A stretch of DNA of 64,000 nucleotides, taken from a virus. Lineage: Duplodnaviria; Caudoviricetes. Numbering within the stretch: the first letter of the stretch is position 1; the number at the start of each line of letters is the position of its first letter. Positions 10,305-17,884 of the stretch are shown here, piece after piece. Made by a program: the position numbers and the translations under genes. The stretch lies in IMG/VR virus record IMGVR_UViG_3300014697_000001, positions 32,001 through 96,000 of that record; one strand, given 5' to 3'. Below the pieces are notes generated by a model, which saw nothing but the letters and a program-made list of their open reading frames with translations, was not told where the DNA came from and made no database searches.

Positions 10305-10334
10305 TCCATCTACTGAACAATCAAGGAACACATC

Positions 10335-10991
10335 GTGAAATATTCCCATGTCGTAAACGACATCCCAATGGAACCAAGCGAACTGCCTAGGTGCTTTGCC
10401 AATGTCAGTGGCTTTCATCATCTTGACGATGTCTCGCTGGCTACATATAACTGGTACCCGGTGAATGACGCACCACCCCCGCTCACTGACGGACAGGTCC
10501 TGCAGCGCGGCGGTTTGTCGTTTGACCGAGAAGCAGGGGTTGTAACCATTGACTACCTCGTAGAAGATCGGCCGGCAGAGTCGATAGAAAACCTAAGGGC
10601 GCGCAAGATCGAGGCAATCAATAGCCTATACAGTGCGGTCATGGCGCCGATTGCTCGTGAGTTTCCTGAAGAAGAGCGCTTCGGCTGGCCGACCCAAGAA
10701 GCTGAGTCCAAGGCCTATCTGAAATGGGTCGTGGAAGGTCAGGTCGGCGAACCGCCTGCAACACCTATGCTCAATGCACTGCTAGAAGGGCGTAACGCAG
10801 ACGGCGGCAATGAGACCCTTGAACACCTGGCGCAGCGGATCGAGACCAATGTGAAAACATTGATTCAAACACAGGTATACACCGGACACCGCCACCGTTT
10901 GGAGCAGTTGGCAAAAAATGCCGCCTCAGTAGAGGAGCTCGATCTGATCGATCCTTCGGTGGTGTTTGTTGTCAGTACGGCAACAGGCTAA
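10335..10991 (+). CDS. tail fibre assembly/chaperone-like protein
   Basis: LRARKIEAIN...EERFGWPTQEAESKAY...TPML pattern; position directly after the fibre and adhesin. Confidence 0.65.
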   Translation: MKYSHVVNDIPMEPSELPRCFANVSGFHHLDDVSLATYNWYPVNDAPPPLTDGQVLQRGGLSFDREAGVVTIDYLVEDRPAESIENLRARKIEAINSLYSAVMAPIAREFPEEERFGWPTQEAESKAYLKWVVEGQVGEPPATPMLNALLEGRNADGGNETLEHLAQRIETNVKTLIQTQVYTGHRHRLEQLAKNAASVEELDLIDPSVVFVVSTATG

Positions 10992-11101
10992 CGATCCAGA
11001 ACGCAGGACAGTTGTCTGTCCTGCGCACGGGTCAACGTTCGGTTTGGCAGGTCCCTAAGAATCTTATGTAGAACCATCCATTTCCCAAAGGGCTCCTGGC
11101 A

Positions 11102-11396
11102 ATGCTCACCAACCTTCTTCAATTCAAAACAGTGCGATGTCGTCTATACCACCAGCGCCTCGGAGATGGTTATTACTGGAACAGCCCTGGGGAAGACGGT
11201 GGTGAACATGTCAAACTTCTTCTACGAGGGCAGCGGAGCGTACCACCCAATCAGCCGACTGCTATTCAAAGCTCATCGCGACCACGGTGTGCGTCAGGCG
11301 CAACATGTGCTAGGAACACTGATCAATAGTCCGAAGAGCGGCATAATCTTCCCTTGGCAAAGCGACATTGATGATCGACTGGTGGGGCACTGGTGA
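11102..11396 (+). pseudogene. chimeric remnant: fibre-gene start fused out of frame to the 3' end of a glycosyltransferase-like gene
   Basis: MLTNLLQFKT resembles 6901 MLINLPQIKT; a different frame then reads KQCDVVYTTSASEMVITGTALGK without its own start. Confidence 0.55.
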
Positions 11397-11712
11397 TGTT
11401 TCAGACAAAGCACCGATCGTATCTGGCTGGTATTTCATCCGAGCAACTGATCGCACTACAGGTCGGGTTTACTACGGGTATCGTTACGTTATTGCCAATC
11501 GAGATAACCGAGGTATCCGGTTACAATTAGCAAAACTAACAGTCGCCTTACAGCAGCGCATGGGACAGAAAGATCGCACGGTGGACAATACTGTCTATAA
11601 TGCGGTAATCGGGTTTAAGATCAGGCCCAGTCACGCGCGGTCTACTCAAAACAAAGATGATCTGGATAAAGCTTTTACTACGCGCGTTCAATTTGCAAGT
11701 GAGCCAGATTGA
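11368..11712 (+). CDS. hypothetical protein
   Basis: 114-aa ORF overlapping the end of the remnant; start uncertain. Confidence 0.5.
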   Translation: MMIDWWGTGDVSDKAPIVSGWYFIRATDRTTGRVYYGYRYVIANRDNRGIRLQLAKLTVALQQRMGQKDRTVDNTVYNAVIGFKIRPSHARSTQNKDDLDKAFTTRVQFASEPD

Positions 11713-11772
11713 AGGAGTTCTAACCTCCTTGATTCTAGGTTGATGAATATAATGCTTTAAGAAAGGATTATA

Positions 11773-12459
11773 ATGAATACCCTGATATTAAGTGCCTCCA
11801 TGAGGCGCCTTAAGAATGTTGCCGTACCGAGTCTGCTCGGCAAGCCAATGCTTGCCGGGACGATGGAATTAGGGTATTATGGATCTTTCACCAGCACTGA
11901 GGTGATCACAGGTGCTTCTCTAGCCAGCCTGGCTAGAGTGACTTCAGGTACGTTGATCAACTCGAATACCGTCTGGGATGGATTTGCTATCGGTGGCAAA
12001 CGTCTATTGATAGCACGTCTACCGATCCGTCATACCGTCAGTTGGAACGTGTTGAGTAACGCAAACGTGGTGACCGGCGACAAAGTCGTGCAGATCAAAG
12101 GTCAGGCCATGCGAGTCCGTCTACTGCGCGGCGCCGCTACAAGCCCGACCAACAGTCCGACTGACGTCGACGATCCGACAGCTACTTGGGGTTCTGAATG
12201 GAACCGTCTATTGTACCGTCTAGCTGCCACGCCCTCAAACGGCGTGTCTGGAGAGGGCATTCCCTTCGGTGAATGGGCGAAACTTAGCGATACTGCGTTG
12301 GGCCTTAAAGATTACTGGACGTTCTGTCAAGAGACTCACACTGCATCCGGAAGTCGCGTCATACGAGGTGCTGCTGGAGTGAGGCGTATAAGTCGTATTC
12401 CGCCGACAGCGGCAATATCAAGTACCGTTTGGAAACCAGTGCTTGAATTAGTCGACTAA
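11773..12459 (+). CDS. virion structural protein, xWRPVLELV family paralogue 1
   Basis: GSEWNRL and FCQET...WKPVLELVD; paralogous to 13130 and 50480. Confidence 0.8.
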   Translation: MNTLILSASMRRLKNVAVPSLLGKPMLAGTMELGYYGSFTSTEVITGASLASLARVTSGTLINSNTVWDGFAIGGKRLLIARLPIRHTVSWNVLSNANVVTGDKVVQIKGQAMRVRLLRGAATSPTNSPTDVDDPTATWGSEWNRLLYRLAATPSNGVSGEGIPFGEWAKLSDTALGLKDYWTFCQETHTASGSRVIRGAAGVRRISRIPPTAAISSTVWKPVLELVD

Positions 12460-12544
12460 CTAACCGATTCGCTGTTTTAGCCAAATCCTATGACGTACTA
12501 CATCGTCATTGGTATTATCTGTTTATCCGCCCTGAGAGATCGAC

Positions 12545-13057
12545 ATGCAAGAAGCTCAAATACAAGCGCTGTTAGCGTCGCTTAACAACTACACCGGTAA
12601 AGTAAAAACCGCCATCGAAGATGGTGATGCTCACGGCATCGCTGAAACCGAGCGTCTGATCGATGAGCTGAGCACTCAGCTTGCCGCAGACACCAGTGCC
12701 ATGAGTTCTCCTGAGACTGGCGAGCAGCGCGTTGCTGTCACCGAGCGTCTGGTTGACCTGGGTGCTGACTCTGCTCTGGATTGCTGGCTGGGTAACCACT
12801 TCAACAAAACCATCACTGCACCGACTACCTTCTCCCTCCTGCGAGTGCCTGAAGCCGGTCGCGTCTACACCATGGCGCTGTACCTGACCAACGCTGGTGC
12901 ACATGCCATCACCTTCTGGCCGAACGTCTACTGGAACGAAGGTGTCAAGCCTGAGTTCTCAGCAGCTGGTCGTGACGTGGTTGCCATGTCGACCCGCGAT
13001 GGCGGTCTGACCTGGGATGCTTACCTGCTTGGTAAGGCGATGGCTCTGGCTGTCTAA
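12545..13057 (+). CDS. short fibre/adaptor protein
   Basis: N-terminal helix like 53211; C-terminal domain (TTFS...LTNAGAHAITFWPNVYWNEG) matches the 6901 fibre C-terminus. Confidence 0.75.
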   Translation: MQEAQIQALLASLNNYTGKVKTAIEDGDAHGIAETERLIDELSTQLAADTSAMSSPETGEQRVAVTERLVDLGADSALDCWLGNHFNKTITAPTTFSLLRVPEAGRVYTMALYLTNAGAHAITFWPNVYWNEGVKPEFSAAGRDVVAMSTRDGGLTWDAYLLGKAMALAV

Positions 13058-13129
13058 ACCGTAAATAGCCGACACGTCCCTTTAATCGGGACGTGTCGGT
13101 TTAATCCGTTTCGACGAGGGGTAAGAAAG

Positions 13130-13783
13130 ATGAGAATCATCAGACAAGCCGCAGCAATAAGAAGAGCGTTCAAGCGGGGAGGATGGTTCTACGGTGAGGT
13201 CCCAGTCTCTGAATTAATCACTGGGAATGCTTTAGCTAGTGCCATTGGCCTCACCGCAGGTACAGCACAGCACAGTAATGAACCTTGGTTGCACTTTGAG
13301 TTAGACGGTAAGACACTTTATGTGGCTAAGAAGACCTATCGCTTCTACATCAGCTGGAACCACATTCAAGCCGTGAACGCCGTCTACGGCTCACGCACGA
13401 TTGTGATAAACGGTAAGACCTATAAGGTCCGTTTGTTGAAGGGCTCCGCGACCGACCCGTATGTGGGCGGGAATGGGTATGACCCTGTCGGGGCCTACGG
13501 TTCCGAGTGGAATAGACTTATTTATAGTGTTCACAATGGGGTACATAGTAGAGCCGGTAATGTTACCCCACCGGGGACTTGGCCGTTATATTCTGATACA
13601 GATTTACTAATAGATAATACGGTGGGCGATGGTAGCTTTAGTTGGTGTCAGGAGACAAGTGCGTCAGATTCCACATTGCGGGTGAGGAGAGGTAGTGGTG
13701 GTCTGACCTTCTTGGGTTTAAATCGAGCTTCTGAATTTAGTACATATAGCGGCTGGCGCCCAGTACTGGAACTCGTCGAATAG
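13130..13783 (+). CDS. virion structural protein, xWRPVLELV family paralogue 2
   Basis: FYGEVPVSELITG, GSEWNRL, SWCQET and GWRPVLELVE. Confidence 0.85.
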   Translation: MRIIRQAAAIRRAFKRGGWFYGEVPVSELITGNALASAIGLTAGTAQHSNEPWLHFELDGKTLYVAKKTYRFYISWNHIQAVNAVYGSRTIVINGKTYKVRLLKGSATDPYVGGNGYDPVGAYGSEWNRLIYSVHNGVHSRAGNVTPPGTWPLYSDTDLLIDNTVGDGSFSWCQETSASDSTLRVRRGSGGLTFLGLNRASEFSTYSGWRPVLELVE

Positions 13784-13844
13784 TCAACCGAATATAGGAA
13801 TTGCCACGGACTCAATTATCACCATTTGTCTGGCGACCCTCTTC

Positions 13845-13875
13845 AGGAGATCCTTCGGGATCTCCTGTTATGTCG
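13845..13875 (+). terminator. hairpin terminator
   Basis: CAGGAGATCC-TTCG-GGATCTCCTG then TTATGTCG. Confidence 0.7.
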
Positions 13876-14120
13876 TCTCGTTAATTATTCCTCCTCTATC
13901 CAATTCTCTGAATAAATTCAAAAGACTATAAAGAGCGAAGCTGGAGGAGTGGAACGAGGGAAGCTGAGCACAAGCGGAGGAGCTAAAGGCGACGACATCC
14001 CTAGTGCTTTTTGAGAGGCGAAGCCTCTCTATAGGGTAAAATAATCCTGACCAAACCAATCTTATATCTGACAATTACCAGAGAGGGTCATCCTCTCTTT
14101 TATGCCGTCACTCTAAAATT

Positions 14121-14160
14121 CGATTCGAAATAATTTCAACAATACATTGTAGTGGTGAGT
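14121..14160 (+). promoter_or_regulatory. putative early (phage RNAP) promoter
   Basis: CGATTC-N16-TACATTGTAGTGGTGA; same architecture at 26366, 37289, 41255 and 58285. Confidence 0.7.
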
Positions 14161-14219
14161 ACGCAGAGTAATCCATCAAGGACTGCTCTACACATACCCC
14201 AATCGTAGGAGATACACCC

Positions 14220-14321
14220 ATGAAAACCTTTTTCGGAATCGTTGTTGGTTACATCGTAGTCGCGGCCATCACTGCACCTGCCCGTCAAAAGAAAATCGCT
14301 GAAGTAATGGAGAGCATCTAA
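14220..14321 (+). CDS. 33-aa membrane peptide (not in ORF track)
   Basis: AGGAG SD; MKTFFGIVVGYIVVAAITAPARQKKIAEVMESI. Confidence 0.7.
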   Translation: MKTFFGIVVGYIVVAAITAPARQKKIAEVMESI

Positions 14322-14444
14322 ATGAAAAACTTTCTGATCGGTACAGTCATCGGTGCAGCCATCGCTTACGCAGGTCATCGCGTTATCATGACTCAGATGA
14401 AAGCGGTAGAGAACCTCGGTAAAGCCGTGAAAGACAGCGAGTAA
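14322..14444 (+). CDS. 40-aa membrane peptide (not in ORF track)
   Basis: GGAG SD, TAA-ATG junction; MKNFLIGTVIGAAIAYAGHRVIMTQMKAVENLGKAVKDSE. Confidence 0.7.
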   Translation: MKNFLIGTVIGAAIAYAGHRVIMTQMKAVENLGKAVKDSE

Positions 14445-14452
14445 ACATAAGG

Positions 14453-14490
14453 CTAGGTATAGGGTATTCGCCCTATACCTAGCTAATTTT
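14453..14490 (+). terminator. hairpin terminator
   Basis: CTAGGTATAGGG-TATTCG-CCCTATACCTAG plus T-rich tail. Confidence 0.75.
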
Positions 14491-14583
14491 ATGAGTCTTT
14501 CTTTTTTCTTTGTTGGCATACTTGCTGTATAAGTATGACCCAGCCTCACCCGCAGTCTATCTATCTGTAGAAGGAATTTAAAC

Positions 14584-14829
14584 GTGAGCACTATCAGCAA
14601 CGTCATCCAGTCCTTGTCCAACTTTACCTCCAAGGTCAACAGCCTGTTGACAGGTAAGGTCGATAAGGTCAACGGTAAGCAACTGTCCACTGAAGATTAC
14701 ACCACCGAAGACAAGACCAAACTGTCGACTGTCAAATCCATGGCCATGCGCGACCTCCATGTTAGCACTTCCCTGCCAGATAACCTTCAGGGCACCGACG
14801 GTGACATCTGGTTGGTTGTCAAGCCTTGA
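14584..14829 (+). CDS. small fibre-associated protein
   Basis: GKVDKVNGKQLSTEDYTTEDKTKL and GTDGDIW motifs; AAGGA SD, GTG start. Confidence 0.75.
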   Translation: MSTISNVIQSLSNFTSKVNSLLTGKVDKVNGKQLSTEDYTTEDKTKLSTVKSMAMRDLHVSTSLPDNLQGTDGDIWLVVKP

Positions 14830-14844
14830 TAGAGGGGAGTTGGC

Positions 14845-15063
14845 ATGCTAATCAAAGATGGTGTATGGCCTGGTAGTACACAGGTCTTCGTGAAGCTAGA
14901 CGGGCAGTATAAAGAGGTCGTCAGCGGCTATTCCAAGATTGATGGGGTCTGGGTGCCATGGGACTTTGCTCCCGATGGTGACGTTGAAATAGGGGTTGCA
15001 GTGACAAACAAAACCCTGAACGGACTGACGCTGATCCTTTCGAAAGTATTACCAGAGGCATAA
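14845..15063 (+). CDS. small tail-associated protein
   Basis: FVKLDGQYK / YSKIDGVW beta-hairpin repeats; GGGGAG SD. Confidence 0.7.
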   Translation: MLIKDGVWPGSTQVFVKLDGQYKEVVSGYSKIDGVWVPWDFAPDGDVEIGVAVTNKTLNGLTLILSKVLPEA

Positions 15064-15178
15064 CGGGAGGGCTTCGGCCCTCCCTTGTTATTTTTAAATA
15101 ATATATGGTTTTTTCGGTGAACCTATACTATGAGGAAGGGTGATTTCCACTCTTTCCCACTGCGTCTGGAGACACAGA

Positions 15179-15715
15179 ATGATCATCGATCCCCTCAAGA
15201 GTTCCATCCAGAATATTCTGGACCTGATGAATGCTGACAACGCCCGTTCGTTGACTCTGGCACAAGTTGCCATCAGTGCCCCGTCTGAGTTCGTTGATCC
15301 GGAAGGCATCAACACCCGCAACACCCAGATCGTCGTATCTGCTGTTGAAGGTAGCACCGAGTTCAAGGGTTCTCAGACCCTGCGTTACACCCGTCTGGAG
15401 CTGGCCACCGTTGGTGCTGCCGTTTCCGAATTCCAGACCACTGCTGAATCGACTCTGGCTGACGTCAAAGCAGCTGTTGTCGCTGAGCTGGGCCTGATCG
15501 CCGAAGACGTAGACTTCGTCGAAACTGTCATGCCGACTTGGTCTGACGAAATGGTTGACGGTGAAACTGCACCGCTGACCCTGCGCGCTGCAGCTGGCTC
15601 GCACGCCTACGTGGGCGACCTGATCGTGACTCTGGTTGAGCCGGTAGACGGCCGTGAGCGCATGAGCCAGGTATACGCCACTAGCGACCTGAGCGGCTTT
15701 GATTACGCAGTCTAA
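15179..15715 (+). CDS. virion structural protein (YxRLxL paralogue family)
   Basis: RNT...FKGSQTLRYTRLEL...SHAYVG...LSGFDY. Confidence 0.8.
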   Translation: MIIDPLKSSIQNILDLMNADNARSLTLAQVAISAPSEFVDPEGINTRNTQIVVSAVEGSTEFKGSQTLRYTRLELATVGAAVSEFQTTAESTLADVKAAVVAELGLIAEDVDFVETVMPTWSDEMVDGETAPLTLRAAAGSHAYVGDLIVTLVEPVDGRERMSQVYATSDLSGFDYAV

Positions 15716-15735
15716 CTCGTAATCTAATGTCAAGG

Positions 15736-15812
15736 GCCACTGCACCTTCGGGTGCAGTGGCTTTATGCCGTCGGACATAAAACAGGGAGGGCCGAAGCCC
15801 TCCCTTATGCTG
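15736..15812. terminator. back-to-back hairpins at a convergent junction
   Basis: GCCACTGCACC-TTCG-GGTGCAGTGGC and AGGGAGGG-CCGAAG-CCCTCCCT. Confidence 0.75.
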
Positions 15813-15813
15813 G

Positions 15814-16830
15814 CTACATCGGAAGATCAAAACCAGAAAGATCAGTCACTGCGTAAACAGTTTTCAGATCCGGCAATCCAGAGAAGTGGAATTTGCTGCC
15901 AGGGACGTAGAACCAAGCATTCTCAGATGCCACCAAATCAAAGCTCGTAATGTTCGGGCCTTGAGGGATCATCGGGGTGGCGACTATTTCGACCGGTGTC
16001 AGCTTGAGGCCGAAGAATGCATTGATCTGCGGTAGCAGGTCGTGCGAGGTTGTAACACCTGTGAAATCAAAGACCGGATGAATGTCCTGGAACGACAACT
16101 CAATAGGGTATCGCTCGTAGTACACTGTAACCTTGCCAGAGTAACCTGACGATGGTTGGGCTGTGATTTCAAGTTGTGTATTCCACGTACCTAACTTTAG
16201 GCTGCGTGTAGGCAGGCCTGGCAGCACGTCACCGAGTTTGAACTTGGTACCGTTGTTGTTGTTGATGATCTCCAACAACCGCGTCCACGCATCGATGGTA
16301 AAGTTAGGTGGGGTGTTCTCTAGCGTCAGGTACTGAGCACGCATCCCCTTTAGGTAAAGGGGGTCTTTCTGAACCATCAAGACCTGACTCAGGATTCGGC
16401 GAACTGTCACCGGGTCCCGAGTCCGCTCCAGGTACTGGAGACGAGCGTCCCGTACGTTAGCAGGCGCCTTATCGATCACCATTGCTTGCGCCAATACACG
16501 TCGTAACGAGACAGGGTCTCGGGTCGATTCAATGTACTGGAGGCGTGTATCACGTACGTTAGCAGGGCCCTTGTCCACAACCAGTGCCTGCGCTAACACT
16601 CTTCTCAGTGAGACAGGGTCTCGGGTCGATTCGAGGTATTGCAGACGCTGGTTACGCAGGTTGGCAGGATCTTCAGACACGGTCAGCATTTGTGCATTGA
16701 CCCGACGTACTGAGACGGGGGCCTTGTCTACTGCCAAGTAATCGACCCGGATATCCCGTAGTGCTGCATCATTCTGATCTACGTAGAGGTACTGGATGCG
16801 AATACTTCGCAGGTTAGCTGACTCGGTCAT
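15814..16830 (-). CDS. virion protein: ten 17-aa repeats plus YxRLxL-family domain
   Basis: Tandem repeats, then WNT...YSGKVTVYYER...LSGFDLP. Confidence 0.85.
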   Translation of the reverse strand: MTESANLRSIRIQYLYVDQNDAALRDIRVDYLAVDKAPVSVRRVNAQMLTVSEDPANLRNQRLQYLESTRDPVSLRRVLAQALVVDKGPANVRDTRLQYIESTRDPVSLRRVLAQAMVIDKAPANVRDARLQYLERTRDPVTVRRILSQVLMVQKDPLYLKGMRAQYLTLENTPPNFTIDAWTRLLEIINNNNGTKFKLGDVLPGLPTRSLKLGTWNTQLEITAQPSSGYSGKVTVYYERYPIELSFQDIHPVFDFTGVTTSHDLLPQINAFFGLKLTPVEIVATPMIPQGPNITSFDLVASENAWFYVPGSKFHFSGLPDLKTVYAVTDLSGFDLPM

Positions 16831-16835
16831 GATGT

Positions 16836-17882
16836 TCAGCTTCCTGTTTTGGAGTTGATGAGGACCTCAAGCTGATCGATGGAATCGACCGTCCAAGGCT
16901 GGTTGTTCAGGTCCTTGTTGAGACACCCGATGCGGTTGGCGTTAGCACCCTCACGCAGCACACTGGTGTTAAGGGACTGAGTCTTCTTAGCCGAGACTGC
17001 CTCGCCCTGACGCAGCTGCGACTCGATGACAGGTACGGTACCGGTATCCCGATAACCATACATCTCAATTGAGACAGCCCGAATCGGGAAGGCAGTGTCT
17101 GGCTTGGCAAAGCTGAACGAAGCCACAGACTCGGCCGGTGAGGTACGAATGACAGGAGACACTTCACCGTTAGGGCCGAGGGTGGTGGTGTCCAGTACAG
17201 TGGACGGTGTGGCCCCTTCTGGCACGACCCAATCGGTAGGCACGACTGAGGTATCGACCTTGACAGCACCAACCTTGACAGGCCCCAGGCGCGACGACGG
17301 AGTGTCATCGAGATCGGAGGTGTCAACCAGCCAGTAGAAGTCGTTGTAGTAGTGCATTTCACTCGTTGGACTGTTTCCAGTCTGTCCGTAGTACATGAAC
17401 CCTTCGTTCGTCGAAGTCGTTTCGGCGGTGTTGAGTGGCCCACTGTTACGCATGACCCCATCGACCCAGACTTTGAATGTCAGGTTGGGGATGTCGATCA
17501 TGTACTCGATGTAGGCCTCACCCTGCACTGACGTTAACTGTGAATCTGTCAGCAGGGTGTACCCTGTCGCCCGAGAGAAGTACAGGATAGTAGCACCTTC
17601 AAACGCTGCGTTGTTGGTGATAGCGTACCGAAAGCCACCGTAAATTTTACGGGTCTTGGCCTCGGTGTTAGTGATCCCGACATTCTTGAGATCCATCCGG
17701 AGATAGGGTCCGGCCGCACCATAGATCCTCAACCAGCGTCGATTGTTGTATTGCACGCAACTAACATTCGCTGCGGTGGCCCCTGGGTTAAGTGCCGAAA
17801 TGATACCTTTACCCAGCAGCTCAAGTGTCGGGTAGCGGGTATCGGCCGGGAAGTCAGCGAACCCTAGAATTTCTTTGATCAT
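16836..17882 (-). CDS. virion structural protein (ConA/LamG-like)
   Basis: MIKEILGFAD, YIEYMID, VWVDG, DFYWLVD...RLGPVKV; paralogue of 17885. Confidence 0.75.
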   Translation of the reverse strand: MIKEILGFADFPADTRYPTLELLGKGIISALNPGATAANVSCVQYNNRRWLRIYGAAGPYLRMDLKNVGITNTEAKTRKIYGGFRYAITNNAAFEGATILYFSRATGYTLLTDSQLTSVQGEAYIEYMIDIPNLTFKVWVDGVMRNSGPLNTAETTSTNEGFMYYGQTGNSPTSEMHYYNDFYWLVDTSDLDDTPSSRLGPVKVGAVKVDTSVVPTDWVVPEGATPSTVLDTTTLGPNGEVSPVIRTSPAESVASFSFAKPDTAFPIRAVSIEMYGYRDTGTVPVIESQLRQGEAVSAKKTQSLNTSVLREGANANRIGCLNKDLNNQPWTVDSIDQLEVLINSKTGS

Positions 17883-17884
17883 GA

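Noticed and set aside
11773-13783. Diversity-generating retroelement
   Set aside because: No reverse transcriptase and no near-identical template repeat differing at adenines in this window
14136-14690. 184-aa minus-strand ORF
   Set aside because: Spans a promoter, two SD-led + strand peptide genes and a terminator; no coding signature
16380-16720. CRISPR-like or non-coding repeat array
   Set aside because: The repeats are in-frame coding repeats with synonymous variation and no spacers
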